Shown in pieces: positions 52,653 to 60,713 of a DNA stretch of 64,000 nucleotides. Source of the stretch: a virus; IMG/VR virus record IMGVR_UViG_3300045988_085724, positions 32,001 through 96,000 of that record; one strand, 5' to 3'. Numbering within the stretch: position 1 is the first letter of the stretch; every line of letters begins with the position of its first letter. Under the pieces are notes generated by a model that was given only the letters and a program-made list of their open reading frames with translations, was not told the origin of the DNA and searched no databases. The translations under genes were made by a program, and so were the position numbers.

Positions 52653-53105
52653 ATGGCAAAAGAAACTAAAAAAGTAGAGGTAGCAAAAACAGTAGTTGAC
52701 GAAAACAATGTTCTTGATACAATCAAGAATGGTAACAAAATGCCAGATGGCTTGGCTGATGAGGTAAAGAACGAAATCGCCGAAGAGGAGAAAAAGAAGA
52801 AGAAGAGTATCCTCAAGGAGAAGATCTTGAAGGCCGGCTATTGGAACAAGAAGGAACTACTGCAACTGCGCCAGCGTCGTCGCGAGGAGAAGGCGACAAA
52901 GGAAGCTCTGACTCGCTCAAAAGAGCAGTTAGATAATTTGGCAAGTGGCAAAATCACGCCTGTCGAGTACGAAGAAGAGCTTAAGAAGTCTCAACAAGAG
53001 AAGGATAAGGCCATTCGTGAGAGTAACGAGGCATATCGCAAGGAATTGCGTGAACTTCAGAATTCTCTCGAAGGCGACTACGTCTGGGATTGGGACCGCT
53101 ACTAA
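52653..53105 (+). CDS. K/E-rich coiled-coil protein
   Basis: Intact 150-aa ORF. Confidence 0.6.
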   Translation: MAKETKKVEVAKTVVDENNVLDTIKNGNKMPDGLADEVKNEIAEEEKKKKKSILKEKILKAGYWNKKELLQLRQRRREEKATKEALTRSKEQLDNLASGKITPVEYEEELKKSQQEKDKAIRESNEAYRKELRELQNSLEGDYVWDWDRY

Positions 53106-53575
53106 AAGCTCGATTCATAAATTGAATTCAGATCATAGAACCTTTGAGTCACATGATTACGTGGAGGGGGAAGTTAACGCTTGGGATCTGGCATTATGCT
53201 TCAGTTGCGGAACACCACGAGACATGAATTGACATGTCATACAGAGCCTAGAGCCAGTTATGAATTCAGATGCCGAACTTACGGTAGTTTAAATATAAGT
53301 CACATGATCAAAAGAATTGAATCTTAGCGAGTCATTGGAGCCTCGACAAGGTTAGCATTGGTTAACTACGTCGACTGAGATGTAAATCAAAAATGTTGAA
53401 AGCGACATGCAAGAGTCTTAGAACCAGTCATATCACCGCTTGTATTAAGCCAAATAAAGCCGTTTTAAAGCGTTATTAATCGATTGTGAAGTAGCTAATC
53501 ACATGAGACCAAATAACGTCTTAAAACGGCTTAAAACAGGCTTAAATCAAATGTTCTATCTGATCAATAGAACAT

Positions 53576-53641
53576 TTACAAAGAATAATAGCATGTATGA
53601 GGTAATTTACGAAGACGAGGGTTCGAATCCCTCATGGTCCA
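53576..53641 (+). ncRNA. tRNA-like 3' module (T-arm plus acceptor 3' strand); candidate acceptor piece of a permuted tmRNA-like RNA
   Basis: Reads ...AATTTACGAAGAC-GAGGG-TTCGAAT-CCCTC-ATGGTCC-A. It is immediately followed by the GTCT-ACAT-AGAC hairpin and a T-run. Confidence 0.35.
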
Positions 53642-53642
53642 C

Positions 53643-53661
53643 GTCTACATAGACATTTTTT
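53643..53661 (+). terminator. small hairpin plus T-run
   Basis: GTCT-ACAT-AGAC followed by ATTTTTT. Confidence 0.4.
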
Positions 53662-53719
53662 CATAATAAGGAAAACTATCGCCAATGTGGTTCGTGAGAA
53701 TAGCATTGGTTTTTAACAA

Positions 53720-53857
53720 GGGCCATACTGGATTTGATTCGTAAAGGAAGTAAATACGTTAAGTGCTACTATATAAATTCAACTGGCAACTATAATGTTG
53801 TAGATTACACACATGTAGCATGAGTGTAATCTGAGTGTTTCCTACTAAAGTGGAGGA
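53720..53857 (+). ncRNA. candidate coding piece of the tmRNA-like RNA (5' GGGCCAT-ACTGGATTTGATTCG...)
   Basis: GGGCCAT pairs with ATGGTCC (53634-53640), giving G3.U70 and A73. The 5' string resembles tmRNA GGGGCUGAUUCUGGAUUCGAC. A possible tag frame is GGC AAC TAT AAT GTT GTA GAT TAC ACA CAT GTA GCA TGA at 53785..53823. Confidence 0.3.
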
Positions 53858-53905
53858 AGATGTAATACGATAGGCGTACATTGTGGTTCGAGTCCACTAC
53901 ATCTA
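53858..53905 (+). ncRNA. mini tRNA-like element (acceptor stem, short hairpin, T-arm; no anticodon arm)
   Basis: Reads AGATGTA-A-TACG-ATAGG-CGTA-CATT-GTGG-TTCGAGT-CCAC-TACATCT-A. Confidence 0.4.
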
Positions 53906-53989
53906 CGAAATTTATTTGTCTATTGTTTATGAAAAGTTATTAGAGTAGTAGTGCACGGTTCGTGAGAATAGTGCATTTTTAATTTGATT

Positions 53990-54442
53990 ATGAGTAATAC
54001 AGGATATAAAGCTATGTTACGAGACAGAGTCCCGTACGTAGTAAATCTAGCATTACTATGGTGTAATTCCAAAGGAAGCTGGATTAATCATGTCTATGAA
54101 ACGCAAATCGCTATTTATGTGAATAAAAAAGATCGAGACGATGCCACACGAAACGTATTAGGTCTTAAAAAGCATAATAAAGGATTTAACTTTCATAAAT
54201 CTATTGATTGGGGTAACCTAAGTGTAGATGATAAAACCAAATGGGAAAACATCGAAGCATGGGTTACTTGGTTCCAAGTTCATCATATGTATATCAAATA
54301 TATATGTGATTGTGCTTTAGCGAAAGGTGAAAAAGTAGACACTATCAAAGAAAGTGTCAAAAAATATCTTTCGTCCTCTGTTGATCCCAGTTTATGGGAT
54401 AAGTTGGTAACATTCTTAATTAATAATTTAGTTTATGAATAG
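53990..54442 (+). CDS. hypothetical protein (stop codon TAG)
   Basis: Starts MSNTGYKAMLRD.... Ends TAG at 54440, inside the next gene's ATGAATAG. Confidence 0.55.
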   Translation: MSNTGYKAMLRDRVPYVVNLALLWCNSKGSWINHVYETQIAIYVNKKDRDDATRNVLGLKKHNKGFNFHKSIDWGNLSVDDKTKWENIEAWVTWFQVHHMYIKYICDCALAKGEKVDTIKESVKKYLSSSVDPSLWDKLVTFLINNLVYE

Positions 54443-54881
54443 TTTCCCCTATATTTTAACACAACGTCTAATGTTAGAAAAACTAAGATTGGGCGTAAAT
54501 GTTGATGTTTCTAATGTAAATACTATGAGTGAAACTTTGACGGCGTTGCGTATCGCAAGCAATCAAGGCGTTAATGCTGGAAAAGTGTATATACCAGAAG
54601 TATTTATTAGAGGCATTTCGTGGTCAAAACAAAATCAAAGAATCTTAGAATATTTAGCTTCAAGTAAGATATTTCAAAATAGAGCAATATGGGTATATCG
54701 TAATATAATCATAACTTGTAACACAGATGAGTGGACTACAGGTGATGTCAAAATACGAATAGCCTCCAGCGCTATGAGATGTTTGTTTGACAAAGATGAT
54801 TACATATACATATGTGATTCTCTTTTAGCCAATATTAAAGATTTGAGAGAATGTTTGATAAACGAATCGCTGCCATTTTGA
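54435..54881 (+). CDS. hypothetical protein
   Basis: Intact 148-aa ORF. Confidence 0.55.
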   Translation: MNSFPYILTQRLMLEKLRLGVNVDVSNVNTMSETLTALRIASNQGVNAGKVYIPEVFIRGISWSKQNQRILEYLASSKIFQNRAIWVYRNIIITCNTDEWTTGDVKIRIASSAMRCLFDKDDYIYICDSLLANIKDLRECLINESLPF

Positions 54882-54990
54882 GCAGCACCCGTGTCTCCAA
54901 AGAGAGTAGTGTTTAATCACAACACGGGACATTATGAGCACCGTCTCTTACGTCAGTGACAGACTAATAACCGGTTAAAATTTGTTGATT

Positions 54991-55545
54991 ATGAAGAATC
55001 CTAAGATTACCCAAGAGGAGATTCGTCTAATCAAGGACGCAAAGGCTGGAAATATACTAGCCTTTAATAAACTTTTTTATCGCTATAAAGGCTTCGTAGA
55101 CAATGTGCTGTATCAGTACATTAAAGACTACGATGAAGCGAAGGACATTACTAATATAGTATTCCTTAAAGTTTATGAAAAACTCTCGACTTTCGTAGAT
55201 TATGACTCTTTTGGAGGATGGCTACGAATTATTGCTAATAGAACGGCTATAGATTACCTGCGTAAAATCGGGGACAAAAACAGAATGCTTGGAGATAACG
55301 ACAACAAAGTGTCACTGGAACAAATAGATTCTACGGAGCACGATGCGGTCAATCGAATTACGTATGAACAACTATTGAAAGAGTTTGACCGACTCAATCC
55401 AGTTCACAAGCAAATATGCCTGTTATTCTATAAAGATAATCTAACGGTTGATCAAATTAGCAAAACTTTAAACATTTCACCTGGTACGATTAAGTCTATA
55501 CTTTCTCGTACGAGAACAAAAATCATTAAACGCTTTAAACAGTAA
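54991..55545 (+). CDS. ECF-type sigma-70 family RNA polymerase sigma factor
   Basis: Region 2-like: ...FNKLFYRYKGFVDNVLYQYIKDYDEAKDITNIVFLKVYEKL...GWLRIIANRTAIDYLRK. Region 4-like: ...LTVDQISKTLNISPGTIKSILSRTRTKI. Confidence 0.8.
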   Translation: MKNPKITQEEIRLIKDAKAGNILAFNKLFYRYKGFVDNVLYQYIKDYDEAKDITNIVFLKVYEKLSTFVDYDSFGGWLRIIANRTAIDYLRKIGDKNRMLGDNDNKVSLEQIDSTEHDAVNRITYEQLLKEFDRLNPVHKQICLLFYKDNLTVDQISKTLNISPGTIKSILSRTRTKIIKRFKQ

Positions 55546-55546
55546 A

Positions 55547-55975
55547 ATGGCATTATTTTGGTTCATTTGCGGGATATTGTTAATATGCGGAATCGCCCGA
55601 TATAACGAATCCAACAAATTGTTCTGGACATTGCTGGTATCCTTCGTAGGTACCTTTGCTGCTGCAAGCATCGTTATTGCAACATGTAATAACGACACGA
55701 AGAACGTTAAGACTAATGTTAGCCCCACACAGTTGTATGTAAGCACACAACTTCCGTCGCTTTATGCCATGGACATGACTTACGATACCACTTACGATGT
55801 ACCTACAAGTACATCAGTCACTGTGAGTAAGGATTACTACATTAGTAACGACGTTCTCTCGGACAGCAGAGTAAGTAACTTAGAAGATAAACCACCACAA
55901 TCCAAACAATTATGTTACAATATTTCGATACCTCTTAAATTAAGTAAGTTTAATCCAATTAAAGATTCATCGTGA
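55547..55975 (+). CDS. two-TM membrane protein adjacent to the sigma factor (anti-sigma candidate)
   Basis: The start lies 1 nt after the sigma stop. Contains MALFWFICGILLICGIA... and ...LLVSFVGTFAAASIVIA.... Confidence 0.4.
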   Translation: MALFWFICGILLICGIARYNESNKLFWTLLVSFVGTFAAASIVIATCNNDTKNVKTNVSPTQLYVSTQLPSLYAMDMTYDTTYDVPTSTSVTVSKDYYISNDVLSDSRVSNLEDKPPQSKQLCYNISIPLKLSKFNPIKDSS

Positions 55976-56033
55976 ACTACTTGTATACCACAATGAGTTC
56001 ACAAGTTATTAACATTAAAAACATTTATCAAAA

Positions 56034-57401
56034 ATGGCAAACAAAAATAAAAAGAGCGTTATTCCTACCGCTCCTAGAACTAAGAAGGAAGAGAGCGTAA
56101 ACAGCGGTGAGAAGACAAACACCACCGTAGAAGTAATTGATGCAAAATCGCTGAAGAACTTGACTCAGCCTAAACAGCAAGCAGGTCTTGATGCAAACCA
56201 TCAAGTAGACGTGCTGATGGGCCTTAAGGCCTATTTCCACGACGATCCGTCTGCAGAGGCTAAGTTCGGCAAAGACCCTGTTGATAAGATCAACCGTCTG
56301 ACAGCGATTGGTTTCGCCACGGCATTCGTACAAGAGGCCTTTAACGGTGATAACAACTGGGCAGCTACTATGCGTACAGCACAGTTAGAGGAACTTAAGG
56401 CAGTAGCCCCGATGATCGGTTTTACGATCGATACGAAACTGCTTCCAAAGCCTGACGAGGCGGGTAACGTAGTTGTCCCTGCAAAAGCTGTAAAGGTAAC
56501 TAAGGAGACCAAGAAAAAGCTAGAAGCAGAGAAGAAGATTATCAACTCTAAGCCGATCATCGATCCTACTAAGATCGAAAACGAAGATCAGCTGAAACAG
56601 AGTTTGACCTTCATGTTGTCCGATCCGTCTGTACGTCGTCCCTATGACAGAATCGTACGCGCAACTGAGTTTCTTCGCTCCTATCAGCTTTTACAGGCCA
56701 ATGGTAACGAGGATACCACTACTTCCACTAACAGTAAGTCCATATCAGATCTTCTTGAGGAAGTACGTGTGCTAGTCGGAGAAATCCCCTTCTCTACTGT
56801 AGGCCTCAGTCACTTCATTTACCTCAAAACTTTAGAGTCAAAGAGCCCAATATTCGCATTCTGTCTGTTACGCAATGCGTCTAAGAATAAGGAAACTGAT
56901 GTTGTTCCTGTAAACGACAATGTAATTGCAGCAATGGTTCGTACTCTGGTAAACTGGACAAACGAGCCTAAGCTTATTGAAGATACTAAGAATCTTGAGC
57001 GTGCTAAAACAGAACTTGCTGCTGGTAACGTAAATCAAGACTACGTTGATGCTGTACAGCACAATGTAGATTATCGCAAAGAACTGTTTGAAGCAGTTAC
57101 AAACTGTCCGACAGACTTTGCAGACAACTTGCTTGACAACCTTAATAGCGAGGATAAAGAGCTGCGTAAAGCTGCATGTCTGGCAGAAAGTGGCATACTT
57201 AAGTCATACTATCCTTCATTGGAGAGTGTTGACGCAGCTGGAGAACAGAAGGATCAGCTCATGCATGACATACAGCAGCGTGCGGGTATCATCACCAACC
57301 TGTTCCGCGATCCTCTCTCACAGGATATCCGATACAGTGAGACAAACCTCTCTTATGAGGCACCTAAAACTGAAGAAAAGAAGACTGAAGAAAAAAACTG
57401 A
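56034..57401 (+). CDS. large hypothetical protein (455 aa)
   Basis: Intact ORF, GC-richer than its surroundings. I recognised no motif. Confidence 0.7.
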   Translation: MANKNKKSVIPTAPRTKKEESVNSGEKTNTTVEVIDAKSLKNLTQPKQQAGLDANHQVDVLMGLKAYFHDDPSAEAKFGKDPVDKINRLTAIGFATAFVQEAFNGDNNWAATMRTAQLEELKAVAPMIGFTIDTKLLPKPDEAGNVVVPAKAVKVTKETKKKLEAEKKIINSKPIIDPTKIENEDQLKQSLTFMLSDPSVRRPYDRIVRATEFLRSYQLLQANGNEDTTTSTNSKSISDLLEEVRVLVGEIPFSTVGLSHFIYLKTLESKSPIFAFCLLRNASKNKETDVVPVNDNVIAAMVRTLVNWTNEPKLIEDTKNLERAKTELAAGNVNQDYVDAVQHNVDYRKELFEAVTNCPTDFADNLLDNLNSEDKELRKAACLAESGILKSYYPSLESVDAAGEQKDQLMHDIQQRAGIITNLFRDPLSQDIRYSETNLSYEAPKTEEKKTEEKN

Positions 57402-57496
57402 TTCAGTCCACTAAAGAGAAAATCTCAGCTTTAGGAGGACGAGTGAAACAATGGTGGGACAATGTTAAACCATATTAGAGATTATCAAAATCAACT

Positions 57497-57931
57497 ATGC
57501 GAAAGTTAACAACAATCCTATGCAGCATTGCCTTTGCATTATCAGGTATTTGCCTGGCAAAGATAACAACTGCTAATTCTTCAACATCATCTCAAGTTAT
57601 GGCAGCTACTATGCCTGATATTAACTTGAATGATATAAAGTTGCCTAAAGACCTTACATTAGATCTACAGCAACAGGATAGTATTCGTTCACCCGGCAAA
57701 CCGGATACTGTCTACTTAGAAAAGCCGGAAGTAAAAACCAAAAAATCTAAGAAGGTTCGCGCACCTCGAAGAGTAGCAACGAAGACAGTCCACGTCCCAG
57801 TTGTCTATCTAATAACGCGTATGGATAACAAGGAAGACTCCATTGGTCATGATAGCCTACCGATCTACAAAGTAGAAAAAGTAGGAAAAATTGATCTAAA
57901 AAAGTTCAATTCCTCCATAGATATTAATTAG
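57497..57931 (+). CDS. secreted or lipoprotein candidate (stop codon TAG)
   Basis: Starts MRKLTTILCSIAFALSGICLA.... Ends TAG at 57929. Confidence 0.6.
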   Translation: MRKLTTILCSIAFALSGICLAKITTANSSTSSQVMAATMPDINLNDIKLPKDLTLDLQQQDSIRSPGKPDTVYLEKPEVKTKKSKKVRAPRRVATKTVHVPVVYLITRMDNKEDSIGHDSLPIYKVEKVGKIDLKKFNSSIDIN

Positions 57932-60104
57932 TATTTTAGTTTTGGATTGTGCAGTTATGCGCTACATGATCCAAAACCTATGGGTAAGTACTTATAGTAG
58001 GTCTCATTAGCCTATGTACGAAATTTATACTTGATCCGAGAATATGTTAGCCGTCTCAAACGGTGAGATCACTCAAAAGGTAGGATGAAATGCATTGTAT
58101 ACTGAAAATATATAATGTAAGTAGGATTAGCGCTGTATCAGATCCTAGAAACTATATAACTGGACTTGTGAGAACCGATTGGAGACAAGCTGGATGAAGA
58201 AGTATGGTTTTGAAACGCATAAGTCTCAAAAAGAGCATAATGAACCGTATCGGAATTATATTCAATGATACTAAGAATATACGAACGACACACGAGATGA
58301 AACATATCTATTAATATCGAAAACTTATATTGTGGGAAACTATATACATGGTATGGTATAGTTTGCAATGATATCAGTATAAGACGAGAGTAGATGACCA
58401 ACCGTAGATATGAGTATCACAAAAATAGCTGTAGCATAGTGTTCCTTGGTTCCAACCCAAGTATGAAGGTGTGAAGAAAATACACAGATTGTTCTATATC
58501 ATAAGGATAATACTTATGAAGTGTATCGTAAATATGCTGTCTATGTAAATCCCTGCTGTTAGATTCAGCACATCTCCGTTGAAGGGGAGCCAGTGATGGG
58601 GTAAAACGACTGATACAAGATGAAGTGTGACCGACAGGCTTTTGTAGTTTATCGGTATATAAAAGAGAAACTACCAGGAGGGTAGGGCAGACCCTTAGTT
58701 AGGTTATGATGATTGTATATCATAATCTATGCGCGATACGAGGCCGCGAACAAAGTCTGATATGAATACACTAAGTTCAGTAAGCAGAATGATGTGTATT
58801 GGACATAGTATAAAAAACTATGCCGATTCCGGTGATTACGTTATAATCGAAAAACTCTTGATCAGAGAACAGATCATTTACGTAAGTCGATTCGACACTG
58901 TACACACCAGTACTGCATGAGATCGCTTTCGTTTCAAGACAGATGATAGTTAGAAGGTTCAACTATGTATACATATATTACAGTCCCTGTGGGATAGAAT
59001 CCGTTATACTGTAACTGCGTATGCATTTTGAAATAAGGTACTTCTTACAAAGATAAGTCAGCGATAAAATTAAGAATTAACATGTTTAACAAAAATTAGG
59101 TGTCCCCAGATAGCGAAAAACCTACGTTGTAAGTAGGGAGTAGTGAAGTCTGAAGCCTGAGTACCAACCGTTATATGTAACCAGAACTAAAGTATGGACA
59201 GCAAATCCATGCGTAAACTCTAAAGGTAGGCATAATACATGGAAATGATGGGCAGCTTTAAGGAGCTATGAGACGCAGTGCAATAGCGTATGCAGGTGAT
59301 GTATCGAAAACATCTCTTACTATCCACTGTCTCTGGATGTGTAAGAAACTCTTAAAGTGGGTGACAAGTGAAAGTGTATGAGTTGAAATCTCAATATTCG
59401 TGTACTATAAATAAATGAGGTAGAAACACCAAGAACAGAAAGTCCGTAGGATCGCAGATACCCCCTGAAGGCATAGATCGTTCGATAACGAAACGCACTC
59501 CTTGCGTAAACAGCTACACACGCACGTAGTAAATAGGAAAACCGTCAACAGGACATCCTCAGACGTAAAATTCAGGATGCGCGAGCAAGCGGCTACAGCT
59601 TGTATGAATAGATTTGTAGTTAAAATAGGGAAACTGTCAAAGATATTCAAAGACATTGTGGGTTAAGATACATATTGCGCATTAGTCCAATTGGAAATTT
59701 TGCCGATTGTCTAACAATCAGTATCAAGAAGCGTACGGAAGATCTTCGTACAATATTTATCTATAAATAAATATGACATCATACATAAACGTAGATGTCT
59801 AAAACAAGATTGATTTCTTCATAGCAGCATTCAAAGCTTTACCAAAATACAGACGATGGGCTTAGCTAATCATACCGTTTGATTCCCGTTGCGCAATTGA
59901 GCTTCATTTTAAGGAATATAAAACACAACTATATCTGTATAAAGCGTGGTTCCCATTAGCACACCAACTGTATGCAAGCAATATATTTAACATAAATACA
60001 CCTAAGTGACTCTCCGAAGCAGTGTATTTTCTTTTTTTAATTAACATTATTAACAAAAAATATCGTTGGTTTAATCAAAAACGATATCAAAAAGGATATT
60101 TTTT

Positions 60105-60713
60105 ATGGCAACAACAACAATTAACGTAAATGTACAAAACGCCCTGTCGGGCAATCGTAACCCTATCTCATTGATGGGTGCTAACCTTGGTAAACAATTC
60201 TTCACAACAGAGGTCCGCGACTGTTGGCCCAACTTTGAGAAGGAAAAGAACGCTATCCAGATGAACGAGCAGAAGACGCTGATCACTAATCGTTCACCTC
60301 GTCGCTATCGTATTAACGCTAAAGATATCTATGGTATCATAATCGATACCGATATCAATAACAATCCGGTGATCAAGATCAATCCCCATAAGGACGGTCT
60401 TGCTGATGCCATCATCGCAATCTCTTCAGACATGAAGGATTACGGTGTAGTAACCGAAGAGGCTGTCAAGGAGGCATTGAAAAATGCCAATGATCCTAAC
60501 TCGACGGCGACACACGCATTCAAGGATCCGCAGAAGCTGATCCAGTTTATGAATGCGCTTAATCAGAGTGAGTACGAAAGTATTCAGACTCTGATCGATG
60601 CTCTCTGCAAAATGCAACAGAGTATCAAGTCAGCTATGGCTGATAACACAAAGAAAGTAAACGACTATATGGAACAACTCAATAGTCGTGTGGACATTAA
60701 TGTTCATGACTAA
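60105..60713 (+). CDS. hypothetical protein
   Basis: Intact 202-aa ORF, GC-richer than its surroundings. Confidence 0.65.
   Translation: MATTTINVNVQNALSGNRNPISLMGANLGKQFFTTEVRDCWPNFEKEKNAIQMNEQKTLITNRSPRRYRINAKDIYGIIIDTDINNNPVIKINPHKDGLADAIIAISSDMKDYGVVTEEAVKEALKNANDPNSTATHAFKDPQKLIQFMNALNQSEYESIQTLIDALCKMQQSIKSAMADNTKKVNDYMEQLNSRVDINVHD

Noticed and set aside
52945-53232. A 95-aa plus-strand ORF running from inside 52653..53105 into the ORF-free block.
   Set aside because: It is an out-of-frame overlap with a good gene and its composition is odd. The downstream part coincides with repeated motifs and hairpins.
53130-53641. A one-piece tmRNA or intron-split tRNA whose 5' strand would be AGATCAT (53131) pairing with ATGGTCC (53634).
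   Set aside because: The 1:72 position mismatches, and nothing after AGATCAT resembles a D-arm or tmRNA 5' region. The downstream GGGCCAT is a perfect partner instead.
58585-58625. GGAGCCAGTGATGGGGTAAAACGACTG looked like a possible group II intron domain V.
   Set aside because: It does not form the 14-bp bulged hairpin with a GNRA loop. There is no GUGYG 5' end and no RT or maturase ORF.
59430-59480. AGAAAGTCCGTAGG resembles the RNase P RNA CR-I box (GGAAAGUCCGGGC).
   Set aside because: Only about 8 nt match. I could not find the other universally conserved RNase P blocks (AGGGUGAAA..., ACAGAA...GGCUUA) anywhere nearby.
59540-59580. A minus-strand CTGAGGA looked like a hammerhead core.
   Set aside because: There is no stem II plus GAAA downstream on that strand.
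57932-60104. Possible protein coding under a code with both TAG and TGA reassigned.
   Set aside because: TAA is also frequent in every frame, so no long frame opens up. TGA is demonstrably a terminator in both modules.
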